Below are positions 51,935-60,765 of a stretch of DNA of 60,765 nt, in pieces (position 1 is the first letter of the stretch; every line of letters begins with the position of its first letter). This stretch comes from Actinomycetota bacterium (GTDB lineage Bacteria > Actinomycetota > Acidimicrobiia > Acidimicrobiales > Ilumatobacteraceae). The stretch spans positions 1-60,765 of the forward strand of contig SXKB01000309.1 of the NCBI GenBank assembly GCA_005778215.1, given 5' to 3'. Below the pieces are notes generated by a model that made no database searches, had not been told where the DNA came from, and worked only from the letters and a program-made list of their open reading frames with translations. The position numbers were made by a program, and so were the translations under genes.

Positions 51935-52590
51935 GCCGGCTCCGGGGCGTTGCGGCGGGCGGGGACGCCGACCGCCATGCCGATGATCAGACCGAGCAGC
52001 ACGCCGATGGCGCCGCCGCCGACCACGTCGAGCGGGTTGTGCGCACCCAGGTACACGCGGGCGATCGAGTTCAGCACCGCCACGCCGACCGGCACCCACT
52101 TCCACCGGCCCGGCAGGTACGGCCACACCAGCGTCGCCACACCCCACGCGATGATGGCGTGGCCCGAGACGAACGACAGGCCCTCCATCGGCACGTCGCG
52201 GAAGTGACCGCACGACGTGTCGCCCGCGCAGATCGATGTGCCGGGCCGCTGCCGCTCGACCAGCTGCTTCACGATCTGCTTCTCGACGAACAGCTTCAGC
52301 GGCATCAACAGCAGCAGTCCGAGCACCAGCCGCCACTTGCGGAACACGGCGGCCACCACCGCCACACCGGCCGGCACGAACAGCAGGCCGGCCAATTGGA
52401 ACAGCCACATCGGCTTCTCCAAGAAGTCGGGCAGGCCGTTGATGCCGTGGAAGATCGCTTGCTCCCAGCCCGGCACCTCGCCGGTGGAGGCGACCACGGC
52501 GGCGAGCACCACCACCAGCGCGCTCGCACCGAGCGCGAGCAACCAGTCGCGCTGGTTCCACGGGTGCACGTACTGCTCGTCGTGACTCAT
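51925..52590 (-). CDS. PAP2-superfamily lipid phosphate phosphatase (copy 2)
   Basis: KQLVERQRPG...SFVSGHAI...RVYLGAHNPLDVVGG are the three PAP2 motifs. Confidence 0.88.
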   Translation of the reverse strand: MSHDEQYVHPWNQRDWLLALGASALVVVLAAVVASTGEVPGWEQAIFHGINGLPDFLEKPMWLFQLAGLLFVPAGVAVVAAVFRKWRLVLGLLLLMPLKLFVEKQIVKQLVERQRPGTSICAGDTSCGHFRDVPMEGLSFVSGHAIIAWGVATLVWPYLPGRWKWVPVGVAVLNSIARVYLGAHNPLDVVGGGAIGVLLGLIIGMAVGVPARRNAPEPAQS

Positions 52591-53219
52591 GCCGCATCCT
52601 CCTGTTCGGTGAGCCGCGCACGCAGGCGGCCCATCACCTCCACCGTGGCGAGCCCCACCAGCACGCCGAACGACCAGCCACCCACCACGTCGGCGGGCAG
52701 GTGCACGCCGTGCACGATGCGGCCGATGCCGACCAGCACGGCGAGCAACGCCACCACCGGCCGGGAACGACGCGGCAGCACGGTCATCGCGATCAGCGCG
52801 GTGCACGCAGCAACGGCCGAGTGGCCCGAGATGAAGCCCAGCCCGGTGCCGCTGCCCTCGCGTACGTCGATCTCCGGCAGGTACTGCAACGGCCGACCGC
52901 GCTCGACCAGTTGCTTCACGCCCTTGGCGGCGAACCAGGTGGCCACTCCGCCGATCACCGCCGCCGCTGCGGTCCACGTGTCGCGTTTCCACACCAGCAC
53001 CACCACGGCCAGCAGCAGCGGTGCCAGCACCGTGCCGAGCTGCATCACGGGGTACAGCACCGACGCCACCCAATCGGGCGCCCCGTTGATCCACATCGTG
53101 AGGTCGAGCTCCCACGCCGGGATCGGCGACTGCAGGGCCACCACACCCGAGACACCGAGACCGACGGCGGCGCCGATGGCGATGCGACCGGGGTGATCGA
53201 AGTGGAGCGTCGTGGTCAT
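52587..53219 (-). CDS. PAP2-superfamily lipid phosphate phosphatase (copy 1)
   Basis: KQLVERGRPL...GFISGHSA...RIVHGVHLPADVVGG. The stop overlaps the start of copy 2 (ATGA). It is a paralogue of the downstream gene. Confidence 0.88.
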   Translation of the reverse strand: MTTTLHFDHPGRIAIGAAVGLGVSGVVALQSPIPAWELDLTMWINGAPDWVASVLYPVMQLGTVLAPLLLAVVVLVWKRDTWTAAAAVIGGVATWFAAKGVKQLVERGRPLQYLPEIDVREGSGTGLGFISGHSAVAACTALIAMTVLPRRSRPVVALLAVLVGIGRIVHGVHLPADVVGGWSFGVLVGLATVEVMGRLRARLTEQEDAA

Positions 53220-53314
53220 GCGAAGGCAGTTCAGCACAAACGGTGTACCCGGAGTCACTAAGGTCTCTTCTCCACGAAGCAATTCGCGCGCTCCTGCAAG
53301 CAACCCGAGGCACC

Positions 53315-55732
53315 ATGAACGAGACCGCTCCCGACGAAGTCCACACCGACGTCACCGGTTCCGGCCGCACCGAGGAATCCTCGGTGTCCTACGAGCGCTC
53401 ACCCCGCGACGTGCTGCGGTTGGTGGTGTTCGGTGTCACTTCGTTGCTGCTCGTGCTCATCGTGCGCTACGCGAAGGGCTCCACCAGCGGATTCGAAGAG
53501 GACATCGTCGCCCTCCTCGACTTCCTGCCGCACTCGGTGCAGCGCATCGTCAACGGCGTGATGCAGGTGCTCGTGCTGGTGATCGCGATCATCGTGCTGG
53601 CCGTGCCGATCATGCGCAAGAACTGGCGCATGCTCGGCTACATCGTGCTCGGCAACGTGGTCGCGGCCGGGTTGATGTGGTACGTCGAGAGCTTCGTCGA
53701 CCGTCGCGAGCCCGACGCGCTGAACCTCGCCAACGACAGCCGCGGCGGCGTGAACTCCGACATCTTCCCGTCGGCCATCACCATCGCGCAGTTGGCCTGC
53801 ACGTTCGTCATCATCGGCGTGTTCATGCCCCGCCGGTGGCGCAAGGCGGGGGCGATCGTGCTCACCACGCTCGTGGTGGTGCGGTTCCTCATCTCCGCCG
53901 TGTTCCCGGCGAACGTGGTCATCGCACTGCCGCTCGGCGCGGCCATCGGCTCGGCCATCCTCTTCGCCCTGGGCCGACCCGACCGTCGCCCCACGCTCGA
54001 CGGCGTGCGCGCCGCGCTCGTCGACTCGGGCCTTCCCGTGGCCAGCGTGCGGAAGGCGAAGGTCGACGCCCGCGGCAGCACCCCGTACTTCGCCACCCTC
54101 GACGACGGGCAGGGCGTGTTCGTGAAGGTGCTCGGCGAGGAGGAACGCTCCGCCGACCTGTTGTTCCGCATCTACCGTTTCCTGCGCCTGAAGAACGTCG
54201 GTGACGACCGCCCGTTCTCCAGTCTGCGGCGCACCGTGGAGCACGAAGCCCTCGTGTCGTTGTACGCCCGCGACGTCGGCATCCTCACGCCACGCATGCG
54301 CGGTGTGGTCGACGTGGGCTCCGGTTCCATGCTGCTGGCCCAGGACATGATCGACGGGAAGTCGCTCGACGGCCTTCCCGACGACGAGATCAGCGACGAC
54401 ATCATGCGCGGCACGTGGGAGCAGATCGCGCTGCTGCGCCGGCACCGCATCGCCCACCGCGACCTGCGCCGCGCGAACGTGTTCATCGCCAGCGACGGCA
54501 AGCCGTGGATGATCGACTTCGGCTTCTCCGAACTCGCCGCCTCCGACACGCTGCTCTCGGCCGACGTGGCACAGATGCTCGCGTCGTTCGCCGTCGTTGC
54601 CGAACCCGAACGCGTGGTGCGGTGCGCCGTCGAGGTGCTCGGCAAGGACGCCGTCGCGTCGGCGCTCCCCCGGCTGCAGATGCCGGCGCTCAGCGGCGCC
54701 ACGCAGACCGCCCTGAAACATCAGAAGGGACGGTTGAAGGGCCTGCAGGACGAAGTCGCCGCGCAGTGCGGCGTACAGGAGGTGCAGTTCGAGCAACTGC
54801 AGCGAGTGAAGGGCAAGACGATCTTCATGATCGCCGTGCTCGCCATCGCGACCTGGGTGCTCATCCCCCAGTTCGCCGACCTGCCGAGCATCGTGTCGCA
54901 GGTGAAGAACGCCGATTGGAAGTGGTTCCCGCTGGTGCTGGCGATGTCGGTGGTCACGTACCTCGGTGCCACGGCCAGCCTGATGGGTGCCATCCCCGAC
55001 CACCTGCCGTTCGCGCCCACGCTGGCCACGCAGACCGGTTCGTCGTTCGCGAGCAAGCTCGCACCGGCCGGCCTCGGCGGCATGGCCCTCAACGTGCGCT
55101 ATCTGCAGAAGCAGGGCGTCGACGAGCCGGTGGCGGTGTCGGGCGTCGGCCTCAACTCGGGCGCCGGCCTCGTCGGTCACGTGTCGCTCATCCTCATCTT
55201 CCTGCTGTGGGCTGGGCGCGACGCGTTCGGTGGCTTCACGCTGCCCGATCCGAAGTGGCTCCTCATCGGCGTCGCCGCGGTTGCCGTGTTGGCAGCCATC
55301 GCGATGGCGGTGCTGGCAACTCGCAAGCTGGTGCTCACCAAGCTGCTGCCCATCATCGGTCGCGCGGTGCACGGCATGGCCGAGGTGTTCAAGCGCCCCG
55401 GCAAGCTCGCGGTGCTGCTGCTCGGGTCGATGACCGTGACGATGAGCTACCTGCTCGGCGTGTACTTCTCGGTGGAGGCGTTCGGTGGTGGACTGCCGCT
55501 CGCCACCGTCGGCGCGGTGTACCTGGCCGGTGCGGCCGTGGCCACGGCAGCACCGACCCCGGGTGGTCTGGGCGCGATGGAGGCGGCACTCATCGCCGGC
55601 CTCGTGGCCGCGGGGCTCGAGAACACGGTCGCGGTGCCGGCGGTGTTCATGTTCCGCCTCGCCACGTTCTGGATGCCCATCCTGCCGGGCTGGCTGTGCT
55701 TCATGTGGCTGCAGCGCCGCGAGTACATCTGA
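53315..55732 (+). CDS. Three-part membrane protein: N-terminal polytopic region + protein-kinase-like domain + LPG_synthase_TM (UPF0104, flippase-like) domain
   Basis: The kinase core is VFVKVLGEEE...RIAHRDLRRANVFI...MIDFGFSE (HRD, DFG). The C-terminal 8-TM region ends ...TPGGLGAMEAALIAGL...FRLATFWMPILPGW, typical of the MprF-type TM domain. Confidence 0.85.
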   Translation: MNETAPDEVHTDVTGSGRTEESSVSYERSPRDVLRLVVFGVTSLLLVLIVRYAKGSTSGFEEDIVALLDFLPHSVQRIVNGVMQVLVLVIAIIVLAVPIMRKNWRMLGYIVLGNVVAAGLMWYVESFVDRREPDALNLANDSRGGVNSDIFPSAITIAQLACTFVIIGVFMPRRWRKAGAIVLTTLVVVRFLISAVFPANVVIALPLGAAIGSAILFALGRPDRRPTLDGVRAALVDSGLPVASVRKAKVDARGSTPYFATLDDGQGVFVKVLGEEERSADLLFRIYRFLRLKNVGDDRPFSSLRRTVEHEALVSLYARDVGILTPRMRGVVDVGSGSMLLAQDMIDGKSLDGLPDDEISDDIMRGTWEQIALLRRHRIAHRDLRRANVFIASDGKPWMIDFGFSELAASDTLLSADVAQMLASFAVVAEPERVVRCAVEVLGKDAVASALPRLQMPALSGATQTALKHQKGRLKGLQDEVAAQCGVQEVQFEQLQRVKGKTIFMIAVLAIATWVLIPQFADLPSIVSQVKNADWKWFPLVLAMSVVTYLGATASLMGAIPDHLPFAPTLATQTGSSFASKLAPAGLGGMALNVRYLQKQGVDEPVAVSGVGLNSGAGLVGHVSLILIFLLWAGRDAFGGFTLPDPKWLLIGVAAVAVLAAIAMAVLATRKLVLTKLLPIIGRAVHGMAEVFKRPGKLAVLLLGSMTVTMSYLLGVYFSVEAFGGGLPLATVGAVYLAGAAVATAAPTPGGLGAMEAALIAGLVAAGLENTVAVPAVFMFRLATFWMPILPGWLCFMWLQRREYI

Positions 55733-55754
55733 CCCGTTCAGCCGCCAGTCGCAC

Positions 55755-56594
55755 TCACGGCCTGGTCGACACGCCCTCGGCGAGCCAGTGGTTCACCAGC
55801 CACAGCTCGTCGAGGTGGGTGGCCACGCGGGCGAGTGCGTGGCCCATCAGTCGTCGCCCGGTGGGCGTGGGGGTGACCACCACTGCACGCCGGTCGCCGT
55901 CGACAGCGCCGTAGTCGCGTCGTACGAGACCGCTGGCCTCCAGCCGATCGAGCAGCTTCGTGGCTCCGCCGCTCGAGAGTTCGAGCAACTCCATGACGCT
56001 CCCCGGGCGACAGCCGCCTTCGAGCTCCGCATGGCAGAGCACGATGAGCGAGGAGAACTCGATCGCCGTGGGTGACCCGGCCTCGCCGGCGGCACTTTCG
56101 CGCAGCGTGGTGCCCAGACGAGCGACACACGCGATGAGTTCGCCACACGGCTCGAGGCCGGCCGACGGACCGCCCCCACACGCCTCGGCCAGCTGCACGA
56201 TCTCCTTCGCGATCGGCCGAACGTCGTCGTGCGCGTCGTCGACGACCTCGATGAAGCGCCCCATCGCTGCTCGCCCCGCATCGGTGAGTTCCACCTCGAC
56301 GGCGCGGCCGTCGCGGCAGTCACCCCGCGCGCCACGGTGCGCCAGGCCGGCCGACTCGAGCCGATCGAGCAGCTTCGTGAGGCCGCCGCTGGTGAGGCCG
56401 GCCGCCTGCTGCAGGTCGCGCGGTCGCAACGCGCCATCGCGGTACAACGCCAGGCACACGCGGACCTCGGCGTTCTGGCGCAGCTCACCCAGTCCGGCGC
56501 GGTCGATGGCGGTGTCGAACACCAGGCTCATCCGCCGCACCAGCACCAGCATCATGGCCACGCGCTCGCGCGTCGCGGCGTCGAGCGTGGCCAT
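55755..56594 (-). CDS. Tandem (fused-dimer) MarR-family transcriptional regulator
   Basis: One chain carries two winged-helix units: LRPRDLQQAAGLTSGGLTKLLDRLESAGLAHR...RAVEVELTDAGR and CRPGSVMELLELSSGGATKLLDRLEASGLVRR...RAVVVTPTPTGR. Confidence 0.85.
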   Translation of the reverse strand: MATLDAATRERVAMMLVLVRRMSLVFDTAIDRAGLGELRQNAEVRVCLALYRDGALRPRDLQQAAGLTSGGLTKLLDRLESAGLAHRGARGDCRDGRAVEVELTDAGRAAMGRFIEVVDDAHDDVRPIAKEIVQLAEACGGGPSAGLEPCGELIACVARLGTTLRESAAGEAGSPTAIEFSSLIVLCHAELEGGCRPGSVMELLELSSGGATKLLDRLEASGLVRRDYGAVDGDRRAVVVTPTPTGRRLMGHALARVATHLDELWLVNHWLAEGVSTRP

Positions 56595-58216
56595 CAGGCC
56601 GATCCACCGGCCGCCGCTGCCGCCGTCGGCCGTTCGGGGATGCGGCCGGTGGCGAACACCGCGCCCAGACCCAACAGGGCGAGCATGGCGAGCGAGATGC
56701 GCAACGCCTCGACGCGAGCGTCGGCGTTGTCGTCGATGATGGCCTGGGCGAGATCGGGTTCGACACCGGCGGCATCGAGGCCGCTGCGCAGTTGCTGGTC
56801 GCTCACGAACGGCACGCCGCTGGAGAGTTGCACGGTGGCGCCCTCCACCACCGAGGCCGGCACGTCGGGGTTGTTCGCGATGTTGTCGAGGAACGCCGTG
56901 GTGAGCGACGCCACCAGCACCGCCCCGGCCAGTGCGGTGGCCACCGATGCACCGAGGTTCGTGGCCGTGTTCTGCAGGCCGCCCACCTCACCCGTGCGCG
57001 AGTCGGGCACGGAACCTGCGACCACGGCGCCCAGCTGCGAGGCCAGACATCCGACGCCGAGGCCCCCCATGAACAGCGGCCAGGTGACGATCTCCGGGCC
57101 GGTGCCCAGGTCGAGCAGGGCGATGAACAGCACGATGGCGCCCACCATGAGCAGCAGCCCGGTGCGCACCACCGTGCGCGGCGATGCCTGCGGCCACTTG
57201 CGTGGGATGCCGACGGCGGCCAACAACAGTGCGATCGACAGGGGCATCAGACGCACGCCGGTCGCGATGGCCGACAGACCGAGGGCCACGGTGAGGAACA
57301 GCGCCACCAGGTAGAACAGGCCGCCCTGCACCAGGAACTGGAAGAAGAACGCCGACAGGCCCGAACGCAGTTGCTGGATCTCGAACAGTGCCGGATCGAC
57401 CAACGGCACGCCGCCCTTGGCCACCATCCGATGCTGCCATTGCATGAACAGCCACAACAACGCCGCGCCGGCGACCATCAACCAGAACGACAACGACAGC
57501 CCGAGGAACGCCGGACCGTCGGCCTTCGGCCGCAGGAATCCCCACGTGCCGGCGCGCAGGATGCCGAACACGAACAGACCCAGACCCGAACCCGAGAGCG
57601 CCGTGCCCACCAGGTCGAGGCGCACACCCTTGTCGGGCGGCGACGCCATCATGTTGCGACCGAAGAACAGGATGAGTGCCACCAGCACCACCTCGCCCAC
57701 GAACACGTAGCGCCATGACAGGTAGGTGGTGCACAACCCGCCGATCAGTGGGCCCACGGCGATGGCCACCGCGGCGGAGGCCGCCAGCAGGCCGTACGCC
57801 TTCGGACGATCGGGGCGGGCGAAGTTCGAGGCCACCAACGCCACCAGCGACGGGAGGATCAGCGCGGCACCGATGCCCTCGAGCAGCGACCATCCGATCA
57901 GCAACATCGGCAGGCTGGTGGAGAGCGCCGTGGTGAGCGAACCGGCGGCGTAGATGCTGGCGCCGATCATGAAGCCCTTCTTCGGGCCGATGATCTGGCC
58001 GACCTTGCCACCGGTGATCATCAACGCCGCCATCACCAGGGTGTACATCGTGATGGCGGTCTGGATGCCGGAGATGTCGGAGTTGACGTCGTTGGCCACT
58101 TCCACCATCGACACGTTCATCACCGACGAGTCGAGCGCCATCACGAACTGGCCTGCGGCCAGCGTGGCGAGCACGAGCGAACTCCCGGACCGCGCCCCTG
58201 CAGTGTCAGTGTTCAT
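56594..58216 (-). CDS. MFS transporter, DHA2 (EmrB/QacA, 14-TMS) type
   Basis: LDSSVMNVSM...ITGGKVGQIIGPKK...LEGIGAALILPS. About 14 helices. The stop shares 1 nt with the MarR start (TGATG). Confidence 0.9.
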   Translation of the reverse strand: MNTDTAGARSGSSLVLATLAAGQFVMALDSSVMNVSMVEVANDVNSDISGIQTAITMYTLVMAALMITGGKVGQIIGPKKGFMIGASIYAAGSLTTALSTSLPMLLIGWSLLEGIGAALILPSLVALVASNFARPDRPKAYGLLAASAAVAIAVGPLIGGLCTTYLSWRYVFVGEVVLVALILFFGRNMMASPPDKGVRLDLVGTALSGSGLGLFVFGILRAGTWGFLRPKADGPAFLGLSLSFWLMVAGAALLWLFMQWQHRMVAKGGVPLVDPALFEIQQLRSGLSAFFFQFLVQGGLFYLVALFLTVALGLSAIATGVRLMPLSIALLLAAVGIPRKWPQASPRTVVRTGLLLMVGAIVLFIALLDLGTGPEIVTWPLFMGGLGVGCLASQLGAVVAGSVPDSRTGEVGGLQNTATNLGASVATALAGAVLVASLTTAFLDNIANNPDVPASVVEGATVQLSSGVPFVSDQQLRSGLDAAGVEPDLAQAIIDDNADARVEALRISLAMLALLGLGAVFATGRIPERPTAAAAAGGSA

Positions 58217-58297
58217 GACTGCACAGTAACCCCGCCGCCGTGTGCACTCCCGATGCCGATGGATTCCTGACCGTGTCAGCGTCCCTACACTTCGTGC

Positions 58298-59596
58298 GTG
58301 TCGTCATCCGTCCTGAAGACGCTGGTGCTCGTGGTGGGCATCGCAGCGCTGAGCCCGTTCGTCTCCGACCTCGCGAAGCGCTGGACGCGCCTGCCCGGCG
58401 TGGTGGTGGAGATCGTCCTCGGCATCGTCATCGGTCCGCACGTGCTGGGGCTGGTGGAACTCGACGAGGTCGTCCGAGTGCTGGCGGAGATGGGCCTGGT
58501 GTTCCTCATCTTCCTCGCCGGGTTCGAGATCGACATGCAACGGGTGAAGGGGTCGCCCATCCGGCTCGCGGTCAGCCACTGGCTGTGTTCGCTGGTCATC
58601 GGCATCGTCGTCGCCACGCTGCTGCATGCCGGCGGCGTCACCATCGGGATCCGGTTCGTGGCCATCGCCCTCACCACCACCGCGATCGGCACCCTGTTGC
58701 CCATCCTGGGCGATGCAGGCATCCTGCCCACTCGGTTCGGTGCGTTCGTGCTCGCCGGTGGGGCGATGGGCGAGCTCGGCCCCATCCTGGCCATCTCCAT
58801 CGCACTCACCTCCGACAACCCGGGTCGCACCACGCTGGTGCTCGTCGGGTTCACGGCACTTGCGTTCGGCACCGCAGCGCTGGCCGCACGCCCCGCGCCG
58901 CCGCACGCCATCCGGCTCATCACCACCACGTTGCACTCCAGCGCCCAGCTCGGTGTGCGCCTGTCGGTGCTGTTGTGCGTGCTGCTGGTGTGGGTCGCGA
59001 ACCGCTTCGATCTCGACGTGCTGCTGGGTGCATTCGCCGCAGGCATGATCGCCCGGCTGTTCCTGGTCTCGCAGGCCACCGAGCCCACGTCGGAGGAACC
59101 GACGATCGATCACCGGCACGAGGTGCAGACCCGCCTCGAGTCGCTCGGCTTCGGGTTCTTCATCCCCCTCTTCTTCGTGGTGAGCGGCGTGAAGTTCGAT
59201 CTCGCTGCACTCGGTCAGTGGGGCACACTCGCCAAGGTGCCGATGTTCCTCGTGCTGTTCCTGGTGGTTCGCGGATTGCCGGCGTTGCTCTACCGCCGCG
59301 AACTGCACTCGCTCGACGTGCGCGCCCTCGGTCTGCTGCTGTCGGCAGGTCTGCCCCTCATCGTGGTCATCACCGGCCTCGGTGTGGAGGAGGGGCAGAT
59401 GCGGTCCGACAACGCCGCGGCGATGGTGGGCGCGGGCCTGCTGTCGGTGGTGCTGTTCCCCATCATCGGCCTGGCGCTGCACGGGAAGGCGCCCGACGTG
59501 CCCGAACCGGCCACGGTGTCGCCCCGTGCCGGACGCCGCCGGCGGCGGGCCACGGCCGAACTCAGCCCAGACCCAGCCGATCCGGCGTCGCGCTGA
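58298..59596 (+). CDS. Cation:proton antiporter (CPA2/Kef-type Na_H_Exchanger domain)
   Basis: PGVVVEIVLGIVIGPHVLG...LAEMGLVFLIFLAGFEID. Multiple TMs and a basic C-tail. It has a GTG start. Confidence 0.88.
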   Translation: MSSSVLKTLVLVVGIAALSPFVSDLAKRWTRLPGVVVEIVLGIVIGPHVLGLVELDEVVRVLAEMGLVFLIFLAGFEIDMQRVKGSPIRLAVSHWLCSLVIGIVVATLLHAGGVTIGIRFVAIALTTTAIGTLLPILGDAGILPTRFGAFVLAGGAMGELGPILAISIALTSDNPGRTTLVLVGFTALAFGTAALAARPAPPHAIRLITTTLHSSAQLGVRLSVLLCVLLVWVANRFDLDVLLGAFAAGMIARLFLVSQATEPTSEEPTIDHRHEVQTRLESLGFGFFIPLFFVVSGVKFDLAALGQWGTLAKVPMFLVLFLVVRGLPALLYRRELHSLDVRALGLLLSAGLPLIVVITGLGVEEGQMRSDNAAAMVGAGLLSVVLFPIIGLALHGKAPDVPEPATVSPRAGRRRRRATAELSPDPADPASR

Positions 59597-60539
59597 CCTC
59601 GCGGAACGCCGACGGCATGCCGACGGCCACGGCCTCGTCGAGCATCGTGCGCAGCCGTTCGACCGTCGGGTGCAGGTCCTCGCGAGCCAACCCGGCCAGC
59701 ACGTCGAACGCCGCGTGGAGCCGGCGCACCACCGGGGTGCCGTTGCCCAGGTACTCGCCGCTCTCCACCAGCACCTCGATCCACCCGTCGTACCGGGCCG
59801 CCAAGGCCACCAGCGCCGTGCGGTCGATGGCCTGCACCACGCCGGTGTGACCGGTGGTGCGCAACACGTCGCCCGCCACGTCGGCCGGGCGTGGTGCCGG
59901 TGCGTACTCGACTGCCAGCGGGAACGACGCCGCCACCGACTCGCGGCCCGACGTGGTGACCATGGTGAGCAGGTACTGCACGCGCAGCATGCGCGTCATG
60001 CCGTGCAGGAAGGCCAGGAACGCCACCAGGGTCAGCACGAGCATCCCGATGGTGACCAGCACCGTGAGCGACGGCACCTGCTCGCGATCGTTCAACGCGA
60101 CGGTGGCGTGCAACGAGAACACGAACGTGGCCAGGAAGCAGCCCAGGGTGAGCTGCGTGAGACGTGAGCGCACGAACACGCGCACCACCCGTGGCGAGTA
60201 CTGACCGCCCGCGAGTTGGATGGCGACCAGCGTGGTGGTGAACACCACGCCCATGAACGTGAGCATCGCCACCGACACCGTCTTCGCGAGCTCGGAGGCA
60301 GCTTGCACGCGATCTCCCGTGAGCCACCCGATCTCGTCGACCACCTGTACCTCGAGGTCGATGGCCAGCACCACACGGGCCACGCAGTAGGCAGCGAACG
60401 TGCACACCGCCGGGACGAACCACAACGACGACCACACCCGCTCGGTGTACCTCAGTCGGCGCAACGGTTCGTGCGGCGCCAGGCGGGCCGGCACCGTCTC
60501 GACGTGGGGCACATGCGGTGACGCGGGCATCCCTCGCAT
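59562..60539 (-). CDS. DUF2254-family membrane protein
   Basis: SLWFVPAVCTFAAY...VAMLTFMGVVFTTTLVAIQLAGGQYSPRV...LGCFLATFVFSL. It overlaps the antiporter 3' end by 35 nt. Confidence 0.8.
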   Translation of the reverse strand: MRGMPASPHVPHVETVPARLAPHEPLRRLRYTERVWSSLWFVPAVCTFAAYCVARVVLAIDLEVQVVDEIGWLTGDRVQAASELAKTVSVAMLTFMGVVFTTTLVAIQLAGGQYSPRVVRVFVRSRLTQLTLGCFLATFVFSLHATVALNDREQVPSLTVLVTIGMLVLTLVAFLAFLHGMTRMLRVQYLLTMVTTSGRESVAASFPLAVEYAPAPRPADVAGDVLRTTGHTGVVQAIDRTALVALAARYDGWIEVLVESGEYLGNGTPVVRRLHAAFDVLAGLAREDLHPTVERLRTMLDEAVAVGMPSAFREVSATPDRLGLG

Positions 60540-60588
60540 CGTACGGCACGGGGTCGCTGACCTGGTGAGAAGGTCGTAAGGTCAGGGG

Positions 60589-60765
60589 ATGCCGAAGCGA
60601 CTCACCATCACCGACATGGAGCACCACGCGCCCGCCCGCACGACGCCCTCGGCGAAGGAGTACCTGGCAGAGATCACGCAACTGCAGATCGAGATGCTGA
60701 AGATGCAGCGCTGGGCGCAGGAGTCGGGCGCGAAGGTGTGCATCCTGTTCGAGGGCCGCGACGCC
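60589..60765 (+). CDS. ppk2: Polyphosphate kinase 2 (5' fragment, runs off the window)
   Basis: ...YLAEITQLQIEMLKMQRWAQESGAKVCILFEGRDA is the PPK2 N-terminal pattern that precedes the Walker A motif. 59 codons are visible. Confidence 0.8.
   Translation, partial: MPKRLTITDMEHHAPARTTPSAKEYLAEITQLQIEMLKMQRWAQESGAKVCILFEGRDA

Overview
This is a very GC-rich chromosomal segment (third codon positions are almost all G/C; composition judged by eye, not computed). The gene content looks like Actinomycetota. It includes mshA (mycothiol) followed by a ybjN-like gene, a rex-hemA-hemC-hemD cluster with hemB-hemL nearby, a CsoR/CopZ/CopA copper operon, ispDF-rlmB and proC. I call one tRNA (Lys-UUU), about 60 CDS, one nonsense-disrupted ABC ATPase, several hairpin terminators, two operator candidates (CsoR box, Rex box) and three repeat elements. 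Many operons use 4-nt ATGA/GTGA stop-start overlaps. Most of the very long ORFs in the supplied track are Arg/Pro/Gly-rich antisense shadow ORFs, and I did not call them. Most of the window is housekeeping. The parts that deserve a second look are: (1) a flavin amine oxidase whose canonical C-terminal FAD segment sits at the N-terminus, an apparent circular permutation; (2) a ~1.1-kb DUF559 endonuclease-like cassette bracketed by two copies of a 50-bp double palindrome and by a decayed duplicate of the upstream gene's 3' end, next to an ABC ATPase with an amber codon inside its Walker A motif; (3) an orphan FHA-EssC/EccC-like triple ATPase paired with a sigma/LuxR-like regulator and an acidic membrane protein; (4) a structured intergenic region with two CCCCCC-presenting hairpins (6C-like) that also reads as a U-tract terminator on the other strand; (5) a MoaD-like / RsiG-like / XRE mini-operon, which together with a GGDEF cyclase and a PilZ-glycosyltransferase fusion forms a c-di-GMP theme; (6) two tandem PAP2 phosphatases divergent from a kinase-flippase-like fusion. 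All family assignments come from motif recognition by eye. No database search was run.
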